Source: Thermoplasmata archaeon
GTDB taxonomy: Archaea; Thermoplasmatota; Thermoplasmata; Thermoplasmatales; Thermoplasmataceae
NCBI GenBank assembly: GCA_021797555.1
Contig: JAJZZM010000015.1
Span: forward strand, 2,110-66,109
Length of the DNA stretch: 64,000 bases
Reading direction: 5' to 3'
In this document: piece by piece, positions 8,968 through 18,123 of the stretch
Position numbering within the stretch: position 1 is the stretch's first letter
Layout: each line of letters opens with the position of its first letter
Program-made: the position numbers and the translations under genes
Notes under the pieces: model-generated
Seen by the model: only the letters and a program-made list of their open reading frames with translations
Databases searched by the model: none
What the model was told of the DNA's origin: nothing

Positions 8968-10333
8968 TTGATTAACATGATTGATACATCAGAAGAGAAA
9001 AAGAATAAAATAAAAGATTCATTGAATAAAACAAAAGAAAAAAGGAAATCACAGGAAATAGCAATTATCAAAACAAAGCTCGATTATGATAAATTAAATA
9101 AAAATACATTAAAAATATTAAATAGAATATTCTTGGAGGCTAAATGGCTATACAATTATATAATAAATAAGGAATTCAACAATGATATTTTTAATATAGA
9201 TTATAAAATAAATGAAGTACCAGTGTATGTAAAGGACCATTATGAAACAAGGAAATTAAAATATATATCATCACAGATGAAGGAGGAAATAATGGACCGT
9301 GCAATAGACAATATAAAAGGATTGCATGAATTAAAGATAAAAGGATTTAAAATTGGATCACTTAAATACAAATCTAAAGTAACATCAATACCATTGAAAC
9401 AGTATGATATTACATATAAAATAATAAACAATAAATATATTAAAATACAGGGTATAAAACAGAAATTAATGGTAAATGGATTGGATAATCTGTAATACTA
9501 TTTTGAACCATCAAATGCATTGTTAACCAATAAAAACAACAATTATTATATCTACATAACAGCATATAAAAATAAATACATTTTAGATAAGCCGATAAAT
9601 AATCAAAAAATAGTATCTATTGATTTAGGAATTAAGAATCAATTAACATTGTCAAATGGTCTTATACTAAACTACAATATACCAAAATCTAAAAGAGAGA
9701 AAAGATTGCAGAGAAGATTATCTAAAAAGGTTAAGAACTCAAACAATTACAGGAAATTAAACAATAAACTAAATATAGAGCAAACTAAAACAGTTAATAA
9801 GAGAAGGGATACTATTAGTAAAATAGTCCATTATATATCAACAGATTATAATATAATAATAACACAGAAAGACAATATAAGAGGATGGAAGCATCTCTTT
9901 GGAAAAAGAATAGAATCAACAAATATAGGTGGAATAATAGAGGCACTTAAACATAAGGCTTCAACATTTATATTATTGGACAGATTTATTCCAACAACTA
10001 AAGAATGCTCAAAATGCCATAACAGGTATGATATAAAATTAGATGAGAGAATCATACAAATGCCCTAATTGTGGTTTTATTATAAACAGGGATTATAATT
10101 CTACATTAAATGACATATATTATGGAATTATAGAATTGAATAAGAAATTAATAATTAAGAATAGAAAATTAAATAATTATTTTAAGGAATATAATATAAA
10201 TATGAAAATACCTGCGGAGCGCTTAAGGGAATATACGCCTGTGGAGATTGATGCCCCTGCCCTGGAAGGATTAAGTCCGCATGTAAGGGTAAGCATGGTC
10301 GATGAATCAGGAAGCCTCTATGCCTTGGCATGA
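8968..10333 (+). pseudogene. tnpB: tnpB (RuvC-like RNA-guided nuclease family), disrupted
   Basis: Three track ORFs make up the gene. The first two share a frame and are separated by an in-frame TAA (9493-9495). The third is reached by a frameshift around 10046-10058. Motifs seen: VSIDLGIKN (RuvC I) and a zinc ribbon CSKCHN...YKCPNCGFIINRDYNSTLN. Confidence 0.75.
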
Positions 10334-10343
10334 GGTAGCTCAC
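10206..10343 (+). ncRNA. putative omega/right-end RNA scaffold of the tnpB element
   Basis: This segment is distinctly GC-richer, overlaps the tnpB 3' end and runs to the IS terminus. It is conserved at 54609-54753 and, more distantly, on the minus strand at 40099-40190. It contains a short hairpin, atgcc-tt-ggcat. The RNA role is inferred from the TnpB literature and was not observed here. Confidence 0.45.
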
Positions 10344-10690
10344 CAGATTCATTTGATGAATTCCAGAACCTTGGCATTATAAAGGATGGCATATACAAAA
10401 GGCTCGAATATTCTATTGAAAATTTAATAGACATTTTTTATATAATTAATTCGGATTTGGAGCTTGGAATACCAGGTGATGATTCCCCAATGATAGACAA
10501 CCTCTACAATAATGAAATTATAAGCATTGGAATTAGGAATTTAATGAAAAACATGAAGGGTTTCAGGAACATTATTGTCCACAGATATGGGAAAATAGAC
10601 GATAGACTTGCATATATATTCACAAAGGATAATATTAATGATTTTGATGTTATAATAAAATGCGTGGATAATATAATTCATAAATACTAA
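10344..10690 (+). pseudogene. hepT: HepT (HEPN/DUF86) toxin, 3' fragment
   Basis: PDSFDEFQNLGIIKDGIYKRLEYSIENLIDI...MKGFRNIIVHRYGKIDD carries the R-x4-H HEPN motif. It is in the same frame as track ORF 10457-10690. Confidence 0.75.
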
Positions 10691-10828
10691 TTAATACAAT
10701 AAAATTCACCAAATAAAATCCTAAATATGCCAAATTTATAAATGATATATAAATCAGTGTTTAATGAAATATTAATTATAATTCATAGTTATTTAATTTC
10801 AATTTAATTTAAAAAATATTGTTAAAAA

Positions 10829-12154
10829 TTATTTTTTCACATCGTGTATCATTTTACTATCAAGGCCTGCAAGACTCTTGGCCTTTGTTTCAAAGCCCTT
10901 TCTCTGCCATAATACTGTCATTATTAATGATAGTATAAATATGGACATAACAGCAGATGCGGGTATAATAAATGGCATTGTTGTATATGTTAAAAGTATT
11001 ATAACAATACCGGTGCCAACCCATACGGTAAATCTTACTATGGAAACATATGTGCCCCTTTTATGTGTTGGGAATATTTCTGGCTCAAGCATTCCACGTG
11101 CAGCCCACGTAACCTCTCCGGGAATGAAAAGAAGCACTATTAATGCAACAAGGATTATACCGGATGTGCTGTGTGTTAGGATTTCAAATATCCATAGAAT
11201 TCCCCAGAAAAGTACCAGTAATCCATATGACATTATTGTAAATGTTTTTCTTTTTAATTTTTCAACAACAACAAGACCTGTGATTATTCCGACTATTGTC
11301 ATTGTAAATCCACCGATTATTGGTATGTCATCTGCAAGCCCCAGTGAAAAATAACTGTAACCCACGCCATATGAAAAATAAACGAATGCAACGTCCTGTG
11401 CTATGCCTATTATAATAAGTATAAGGAAGCGCAATGGCAGTCCGATATTGGGCTTTACAGGTTCTGCATTATCATCTACCTGCCAGGCATCCTCAACGTC
11501 TGTTGTTGATTTTAATGTTGTCCATGGTATGCTTTCCTTAACATAGAACCATGAAAGGCCTAAAGCAATAAGGGGTGCTATGAAAAGCATTGATATTGCA
11601 AGCCTGCTTACTGCATCTGAAAGGTGCAGAAAAAGAGGAATAAATGTTAATGCAACCCCGATATTCCCAAAATTCTGAACTATGACAAGTGATTTGCCAC
11701 GTACATTTGCGGGCACAGACTCAACAATCATCGACAATATTGGTGTTTCCAGACCTATAGCAGCCATTCCAATAAGAATAAAAGATATTATAAGTGCAAT
11801 AAAGAATTTTGACAAAAATGCAAAGATTGTTATGCCAATAATAATCATTGCGGATGTAACCATGAATGAACCGCGCCTGCCAATTTTATCTGCAAGAGTG
11901 CCTGAAAAGAGTGCACCAACACCTCCGGCTATATATGGCAGGCTTAATCCAATAAAAAAGTATTTGGCAGGTAAAATTCCGCTTATTACTGAAACGGGTC
12001 CATAACTTTCGGCAACGCCATAAACAAGCATGCCCATTGCAAGTGCTATTAAAGCTACTATTGGAGTACCTTTTCTTACCTTTACTTCATTATTATATCC
12101 TTCCTTAAAATGGCCTGGCAAATTACTATCTGTATTATCAGTTCCCTGATCCAT
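10829..12154 (-). CDS. MFS transporter
   Basis: 441-aa polytopic protein with the classical MFS motif A, GTLADKIGRRGSF. Confidence 0.75.
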   Translation of the reverse strand: MDQGTDNTDSNLPGHFKEGYNNEVKVRKGTPIVALIALAMGMLVYGVAESYGPVSVISGILPAKYFFIGLSLPYIAGGVGALFSGTLADKIGRRGSFMVTSAMIIIGITIFAFLSKFFIALIISFILIGMAAIGLETPILSMIVESVPANVRGKSLVIVQNFGNIGVALTFIPLFLHLSDAVSRLAISMLFIAPLIALGLSWFYVKESIPWTTLKSTTDVEDAWQVDDNAEPVKPNIGLPLRFLILIIIGIAQDVAFVYFSYGVGYSYFSLGLADDIPIIGGFTMTIVGIITGLVVVEKLKRKTFTIMSYGLLVLFWGILWIFEILTHSTSGIILVALIVLLFIPGEVTWAARGMLEPEIFPTHKRGTYVSIVRFTVWVGTGIVIILLTYTTMPFIIPASAVMSIFILSLIMTVLWQRKGFETKAKSLAGLDSKMIHDVKK

Positions 12155-12357
12155 TATGGAAAAGATAAAAACTTTATAAAAAACTTTCTCAAAATTTTTC
12201 AGTAAAAATGAGATATATTATAAATTTTAATGTTGTTTATCTCAATATTATTCAGATTTCCGGACAAATTTAAATCAGGCAGCACCAGATTATATAAATG
12301 AATAAATCCGTATAATGATTTTAACATAACTCCATTGACCATGATCAGTGGATACCG

Positions 12358-12517
12358 TAACAATTATAATCAGCAAATTACAAAAACAGGAATTAAATGG
12401 AAAAGCAAAATTCGGGATGAATTAAATTACATAAATTATTTGTTATATGGGCCCTTTACAGTGTTTAAATTTGAACTAATTGTAACCATTGATCATGGTT
12501 ATAATATATATGCTTAA
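12358..12517 (+). pseudogene. dead 5' remnant of an abiEii-like gene
   Basis: caaattacaaaaacaggaattaaatggaaaagcaaaattcgggatgaatta (12374-12424) is near-identical to 18173-18221 and aligns with codons ~8-27 of the intact abiEii at 16545. Confidence 0.55.
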
Positions 12518-12586
12518 AATCCTTATATAAGCAACCAATTTAATGATATTATAAAGTGATAAATATAAGAAAAACATTTTATATTA

Positions 12587-15500
12587 ATGCCAGATTATTC
12601 TGATATAAATATAATGCACGGAACATGCAAATTTGAAAACAATAGCCTATTTTTTGTAATATGGGTTGAGGGTAATAAAAAAACTGTAAGAAAAAAAGAA
12701 TTTTATCCATATTGTGGAAATCCCGCATTACTGAAACCTGATATCGAAGATATTATACCAGATGCTATATTTGATTATAAAACAACAGAAGTAAGCATCC
12801 CCTCATTTGGAAATAATCCATTGATATCAGACGAACTATCCGGCCTGGTGGAAATAAAAAGCGATAATAACGATACATTAACAATGAAAAAATGGAAAAT
12901 CAATGCAATTTATATTTCAATACCGTCTGCAATTAAATTGCTTTTACACATAAAAAACAGTAGCAAAAAGATGGGTCTGGTTTTTGGCTCGGATATAAAA
13001 TTCTGGATTTCCGTGTCAGAACTAATATTGGATTTAATGAAAAACGAAAAATTTATCCCCGGAATAGTTGAGGAAAACAGCAGCATCAGGTCAAAATGGA
13101 TGCCATTATTGGAAACATCGGATGAACAGGAAATTATATACAATTTATCACAAAATATGCCTGAGGCCTGCCTTATGATGAATTACGGCTATACGGACAG
13201 GGAATCATTATTAAGGTCATTCATCAATACTGCTGTGGATATGCTTGCAAGGGAATTTAGCGGCAATATTAATAAAATTAATTCAAGGAATTATGGTGAT
13301 ATATATAAATGGGTTGATTCACTTTCAAATGATAATAATCTAATATCATACAGCAGAAGCCTTGCTGTAATGAAAATAAATGAATGGACGCAGAAGATAT
13401 ACAAGCGTACCGAATCGCCTCTGAAAATGGGCTTCAGGATATATCCTCCGGAAAATGATGAAACAGACTGGAAACTGGAAATAATAATACAAAATAAATA
13501 TGACCCGGATTTTATTGCACAGCTTGGAGAGATAATGAACCGCAAAAGCAAAGCAGCCACTCTTATTAGGAAATTTACGGAATTTCCGGAGGAATTTGTT
13601 CTTGAGTCCATGGGCATTGCGTCAATGATTTTCCTACCATTGAAGAGATGGTATAAGGAATCGTTTCCGTCCATTATTTATTTATCCGCAGAAGAGGCAT
13701 ACAATATGCTCAAGGAATATGGCAATGCACTGATTGATTCAGGATTTGCATTTATTTTTCCTGAATGGTGGAACAAAAACAGAAATCCGGCATTAAAAAT
13801 TAATGTCAAAAATGAAAATGGCACTGGCGTATTAAATTCACAAACGCTTTTAAGATATAACCTTGATATTGACATTGATGGAGAAACCATATCAGAGGAA
13901 GAACTAAAGAAACTTTTAAACATGAAAATACCCTTGATAAAAATTTCAGGAAAATGGGTGGAAATAACATCAAAACAGATAAAAAGCATATTAAAAGCGA
14001 TAGAAAAAGGTAAAAACGGTGTAACCCTTCCTGAACTGCTTTCACTGGATATAGATAAGGATTCACTGCCTGTAAAGGAAATAATAGGTGACAAAAAAAT
14101 AATGGATTTAGTAAATCTCAACATAAAAAACGTCATTGTACCGTCATCGCTTCATGCCGAATTGCGTGATTATCAGAAAACCGGGTTGTCATGGCTTGCA
14201 AATACTGTGGGAACCGGATTTGGATGCTGCCTTGCAGATGATATGGGCCTTGGGAAAACCATAGAGGTAATTTCCTATATATTAAGCAGGAAAGAAAATA
14301 ATAATTCAAATGGAACAACATTGATAATATGTCCAACATCTGTAATTACAAACTGGGATCATGAAATAAAAAGATTTGCACCGGAATTAAATGTTCTTAT
14401 GCATCATGGCAGCAGAAGGGAAAAGGAAGAGGCTTTAATTTCCAGCATTCATAATTTTGATGTGGTTTTAACCTCATATTCCATTGCAACAAGGGATTAT
14501 TCTACACTGATAAATGTAAACTGGGATGGCATAATAATAGACGAGGCACAGTACATAAAAAACAGGTGGACAAAACAGAGCAATGCAATAAAATCATTTA
14601 AAAGCAATTACAGAATAGCCCTTACCGGCACTCCAATAGAAAACCGCCTGGATGAATTGTGGTCCATATTTGATTTCATAAATCCAGGATATCTAGGCCC
14701 GCAGAAAAAATTCAGGGAGAATTTTGAAATACCTGTTGAGAAGGGGAATGATAAGCATGCATTAAATGTATTATCAAGGCTGGCAAGGCCATTTATACTG
14801 AGGCGTCTTAAAAGCGATAAAAAGGTTGCACCGGATTTGCCCGAGAAAAATGAGATGAAATTATATGTTCCCGTAACCAAGGAGCAGTCAATACTATATG
14901 ATAAAATTGTAAACGGGATGATGAATGCAATAGAAGATTCTGACAATATAAAAAGAAGGGGAATAGTTCTTGCCGCCATAACCAAATTAAAAAGGATTTT
15001 AGATTATCCGTCGCTGGTAACAGAAGATAAGGATATAAGCATTGACAGATCACAAAAACTCAGAAGATTGATTGATATGATCTATGAAATAAGATCAGAT
15101 AATGAAAAGGTGCTAATTTTTACACAGTATAAGGATGCAGGAAAAATATTAAAGGAGGTAATGCAAAAAGAAATGAATGAGGAGGTTTTATTTCTGAGCG
15201 GAGAATCCAGCAGAAAGCTAAGGGATACCATGGTTAACCGTTTCCAGAAAGAATCGGGTCCTGCAATATTTATTATATCATTAAGGGCAGGAGGTTTTGG
15301 CCTTAACCTTACAGCCGCAACAAATGTAATACATTTTGACAGGTGGTGGAATCCATCAGTGGAAAATCAGGCCACAGACAGGGCTTACAGAATAGGCCAG
15401 ACAAGGAATGTTAATGTTTACAAATTTATTACGTCTGGAACTGTAGAGGAAAAAATAGATGAATTAATTGAATCCAAATCCATGATCCTTGATCAGGTGG

Positions 15501-15601
15501 TCTCTTCCGGCGAGGGATGGATTACAAACCTATCCAATGATAAATTAAAGGAAATACTGGCGTTGAGAAAGGATTCAATAGAATCTTCAGAGGTGGAGTA
15601 A
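12587..15601 (+). CDS. SNF2-family helicase with a long (~520 aa) N-terminal non-helicase region
   Basis: Motif I LADDMGLGKT, motif II IIIDEAQYIKN, motif III ALTGTPIENRLDELWS and motif VI QATDRAYRIGQ. Confidence 0.9.
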   Translation: MPDYSDINIMHGTCKFENNSLFFVIWVEGNKKTVRKKEFYPYCGNPALLKPDIEDIIPDAIFDYKTTEVSIPSFGNNPLISDELSGLVEIKSDNNDTLTMKKWKINAIYISIPSAIKLLLHIKNSSKKMGLVFGSDIKFWISVSELILDLMKNEKFIPGIVEENSSIRSKWMPLLETSDEQEIIYNLSQNMPEACLMMNYGYTDRESLLRSFINTAVDMLAREFSGNINKINSRNYGDIYKWVDSLSNDNNLISYSRSLAVMKINEWTQKIYKRTESPLKMGFRIYPPENDETDWKLEIIIQNKYDPDFIAQLGEIMNRKSKAATLIRKFTEFPEEFVLESMGIASMIFLPLKRWYKESFPSIIYLSAEEAYNMLKEYGNALIDSGFAFIFPEWWNKNRNPALKINVKNENGTGVLNSQTLLRYNLDIDIDGETISEEELKKLLNMKIPLIKISGKWVEITSKQIKSILKAIEKGKNGVTLPELLSLDIDKDSLPVKEIIGDKKIMDLVNLNIKNVIVPSSLHAELRDYQKTGLSWLANTVGTGFGCCLADDMGLGKTIEVISYILSRKENNNSNGTTLIICPTSVITNWDHEIKRFAPELNVLMHHGSRREKEEALISSIHNFDVVLTSYSIATRDYSTLINVNWDGIIIDEAQYIKNRWTKQSNAIKSFKSNYRIALTGTPIENRLDELWSIFDFINPGYLGPQKKFRENFEIPVEKGNDKHALNVLSRLARPFILRRLKSDKKVAPDLPEKNEMKLYVPVTKEQSILYDKIVNGMMNAIEDSDNIKRRGIVLAAITKLKRILDYPSLVTEDKDISIDRSQKLRRLIDMIYEIRSDNEKVLIFTQYKDAGKILKEVMQKEMNEEVLFLSGESSRKLRDTMVNRFQKESGPAIFIISLRAGGFGLNLTAATNVIHFDRWWNPSVENQATDRAYRIGQTRNVNVYKFITSGTVEEKIDELIESKSMILDQVVSSGEGWITNLSNDKLKEILALRKDSIESSEVE

Positions 15602-16423
15602 ATGCCAAAAAGGAAAGAATATTATTATAAGCCGTCAAAACCCAGGGAAGCGAAAGGCGGCATAAAGGCCCATACCAAAAGGGGTGAAATTGGATCCAAA
15701 TGGTATTCAAAGAAATTAATAAGCGTTTTAAAGTCATACGGATGGGAAAACCGGTTATCAAGAGGCGCAAGATACGCCAGGACCGGACAGGTTATTAAAA
15801 TAAACATAGATAAAGGCAACGTTGAGGCATATGTACAGGGGTCACGTTCAAAACCATACCATATTAAAATAATATTTCCGGCAATCCCTGAAGAGCAGTG
15901 GAAAAATATTTTTAAGATGCTTAATGAACATAAAGAGGTGGTATCAGAATTATTGAATGATAATGTTCCTCCTGAGTTTGAAGATTTGTTAGAAAAAATG
16001 AATACCTCATTATTTATTAAAAAACCTAATGATATTCATATGTCATGCACATGCCCTGATTATGCTGTGCCATGCAAGCACATAGCTGCTGTTTTCTATA
16101 TACTTGCAGAGAATTTTGACACAGATCCATTTTTAATGCTTCTTTTAAGGGGAAAAAATAAGCAGGATATTATGTCTGCAGTTTCAAACACTAATGAATC
16201 CAATAGCACTGAAATACCAGAAATTGAAAATAATAAAGTGGATTTATATACATTCTGGTCAGGGAATGATATGAAAACTGTAAGAATAGATATGGTTAAA
16301 TCAAATCCATTAAGCCGCTATCCTTTGCCTGATGAACTCAACGAACCTGAAATTATGAAAATACTTTTTGAGTATTATAATAACATAAAAAAAGGTGCGG
16401 AAAAACTTGAAAATAATAGATAA
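15602..16423 (+). CDS. SWIM zinc-finger protein
   Basis: CTCPDYAVPCKHIAAVFY is the CxCxnCxH SWIM signature. The ATG directly abuts the SNF2 stop codon (15599-15601). Confidence 0.8.
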   Translation: MPKRKEYYYKPSKPREAKGGIKAHTKRGEIGSKWYSKKLISVLKSYGWENRLSRGARYARTGQVIKINIDKGNVEAYVQGSRSKPYHIKIIFPAIPEEQWKNIFKMLNEHKEVVSELLNDNVPPEFEDLLEKMNTSLFIKKPNDIHMSCTCPDYAVPCKHIAAVFYILAENFDTDPFLMLLLRGKNKQDIMSAVSNTNESNSTEIPEIENNKVDLYTFWSGNDMKTVRIDMVKSNPLSRYPLPDELNEPEIMKILFEYYNNIKKGAEKLENNR

Positions 16424-16510
16424 GTAATAATTTTGATATTGATGGCCAGACAATATTATTAATTATATTTGATAAATATCTATTAATATGTTAAATTAGA
16501 AATAACCAGA

Positions 16511-16528
16511 GTTATATTTTTATATAAC
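16511..16528. promoter_or_regulatory. inverted repeat GTTATAT-TTTT-ATATAAC overlapping a TATA-like box upstream of abiEii
   Basis: Read directly from the sequence. It is centred about 25 nt upstream of the ATG at 16545, and the same 20-mer recurs at 18124-18143. Confidence 0.45.
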
Positions 16529-16544
16529 TTTTGTATATCACGTT

Positions 16545-17201
16545 ATGAAACTTCCAATAATTAAACAGTTAAAAAATAGAATTCAAATAGAAACAGCCAA
16601 ATTGCAGGATGAGTTAATCATTTTATTATACAGTATAGATAATTCCCTGATTATACACGGAGGCACCTCTTTATGGAGATGTTATTCCGGATATCGTTTT
16701 TCAGAGGACATTGATTTATATTCCTTTGATTTTCCCGATTATGTAAATAATTTTAAAAATGAAGTTCAATCACATGGACTTAAACTATTGAAATTAAAGG
16801 ACACAGGAAATATATTTTTTTCCAATATATCTGAAAACAGTGTAAATGTAAAAATAGAAATTAACCATAAATATTACCCGGAGAATCCGGTGGAAATGGA
16901 ATATGAACTTGTTGATGGCAATACCATAAATGTATTGACATTATCCCCTGAAGACCTTATTAAAGAAAAAATACTGGCATATAACAATAGAAGGTTTATC
17001 AGGGATTTATATGATATATACATTTTAATAAAACATGTTAATCATCCTGAATTAATTAAGGAAAATCTGGTAAATTTTATAAATAATATACAGAAACCTG
17101 TTGATGAGGATGTATTAAGGACGCTGGTATACCTTGGTTTACCGCCATCATATAATAAAATGCTTGATTATATTAATCAGTACATAAATTCATTGAAGTG
17201 A
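16545..17201 (+). CDS. abiEii: AbiEii/DUF1814 nucleotidyltransferase toxin
   Basis: IIHGGTSLWRCYSGYRFSEDIDLY matches the AbiEii GGT...R.S.DID NTase motif. Confidence 0.7.
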   Translation: MKLPIIKQLKNRIQIETAKLQDELIILLYSIDNSLIIHGGTSLWRCYSGYRFSEDIDLYSFDFPDYVNNFKNEVQSHGLKLLKLKDTGNIFFSNISENSVNVKIEINHKYYPENPVEMEYELVDGNTINVLTLSPEDLIKEKILAYNNRRFIRDLYDIYILIKHVNHPELIKENLVNFINNIQKPVDEDVLRTLVYLGLPPSYNKMLDYINQYINSLK

Positions 17202-17803
17202 TATTTATGAAATATGTGAAACAATTTTTTAATACCTTCCAGAATAAATACGTATTCTCGGCAAATGATGTTAAAAGGTTTTTCTCTTTTAGAAAGGCAA
17301 ATAATGATTATTATAAGATATTTCTATATAAACTGATGAAGGAGGATAAAATAAACAAAATTAGGTATGGTTATTACAGTTTTTATAATGATATTATGTT
17401 AACTGGCTTTTCATACTATCCATTTTATTACGGCCTTGAAAATGCGTTATCAATATTGAAACTATGGGAACAGGAAACAAATCCGGTGATAATTACGCCT
17501 TTGCATGTTAGAACAGGATTAATGCAGTTTAATAACAGAAATTATATTGTCAGAAAAATCTCAAGGGAAATGTTTTTTGGATATACCTATGTAAAATATT
17601 TTGATTTTTATATTCCTGTTTCTGATATTGAAAAGACTTTAATAGATTTAATTTATTATAATGAAAAAATACCTTCAGAGTTATTTAATGAACTGAAGTA
17701 TAAAGCAAATAAAAATGTATTAAAAATGTACATTTCTAAAATAAAGGAAAATAGAGTAAAAAATAAAATAATAAAGTTTACAAATATTTCTGGTAAACTT
17801 TAA
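17198..17803 (+). CDS. abiEi: AbiEi-like antitoxin/transcription regulator
   Basis: N-terminal wHTH-like segment (FSANDVKRFF...IFLYKLMKEDKINKIRYGYYSF) plus a C-terminal segment with YYGLENALSI ... IPVSDIEKTLIDLIY, as in AbiEi. It has a GTGA overlap with abiEii, with an alternative ATG at 17207. Confidence 0.6.
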   Translation: MIFMKYVKQFFNTFQNKYVFSANDVKRFFSFRKANNDYYKIFLYKLMKEDKINKIRYGYYSFYNDIMLTGFSYYPFYYGLENALSILKLWEQETNPVIITPLHVRTGLMQFNNRNYIVRKISREMFFGYTYVKYFDFYIPVSDIEKTLIDLIYYNEKIPSELFNELKYKANKNVLKMYISKIKENRVKNKIIKFTNISGKL

Positions 17804-17851
17804 TATAAACTTATAATTAAATTTTATATAATATTATAAAATATAATTAAT

Positions 17852-18076
17852 ATGAATATTATTTCCATAACAATACCTGAAGAATTAAAAAGGGAATTAA
17901 AAGAATATAAAATAAATTATAACAATGAGGTTAGAAAATATCTTGAATTATTAGTTAAAAAGGAAAAGATAAAGGAAAAATTAAATGATATAAATAATAA
18001 TAGAAGCAAAATGAAAGCAAAATATGGAATTTTTGATGATTCATACAAATTAATAAGAAATGACCGTGATAGATAA
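17852..18076 (+). CDS. small ribbon-helix-helix-like protein (orphan antitoxin candidate)
   Basis: MNIISITIPEELKRELKEYK... is an RHH-like N-terminus. The gene is followed only by the dead abiEii 5' remnant. Confidence 0.4.
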   Translation: MNIISITIPEELKRELKEYKINYNNEVRKYLELLVKKEKIKEKLNDINNNRSKMKAKYGIFDDSYKLIRNDRDR

Positions 18077-18123
18077 TAAAGATACATTTCTCAACATCAG
18101 CCACAATATTTAAAATAACAAAG

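Larger units (their letters stand above)
8754..10343 (+). mobile_element. IS200/IS605-family element, tnpB-only (IS1341-like), 1590 bp
   Basis: It starts immediately 3' of TTAC. Removing 8754-10343 rejoins the HepT frame (tgg gat aat tta c|ca gat tca = WDNLPDS). It carries one tnpB-like gene and no tnpA. Its left-end segment 8763-8797 and its right end both recur in the mini-element at 40099-40243. Confidence 0.8.

Noticed and set aside
9493-9495. In-frame TAA codons in two genes (tnpB at 9493-9495; DUF4143 ATPase at 22647-22649), considered as possible stop-codon recoding or readthrough
   Set aside because: Both genes also carry frameshifts. TAA is the normal terminator of many intact genes in the window, so ordinary pseudogenisation is the simpler explanation.
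10331-10343. The GGTAGCTCA string resembles a tRNA D-arm
   Set aside because: No acceptor stem, anticodon arm or T-arm can be drawn around it. It is the conserved terminus of the IS right end, and the other copies end in the same ...ctcac terminus. No tRNA-like cloverleaf was found elsewhere either.
13291-14136. Minus-strand ORFs of 127 and 152 aa (plus others at 12910-13143, 14608-15053) inside the SNF2 gene
   Set aside because: They lie entirely antisense to a gene with unmistakable helicase motifs. Their Ser/Phe/Ile-rich composition is typical of shadow ORFs in AT-rich coding DNA.
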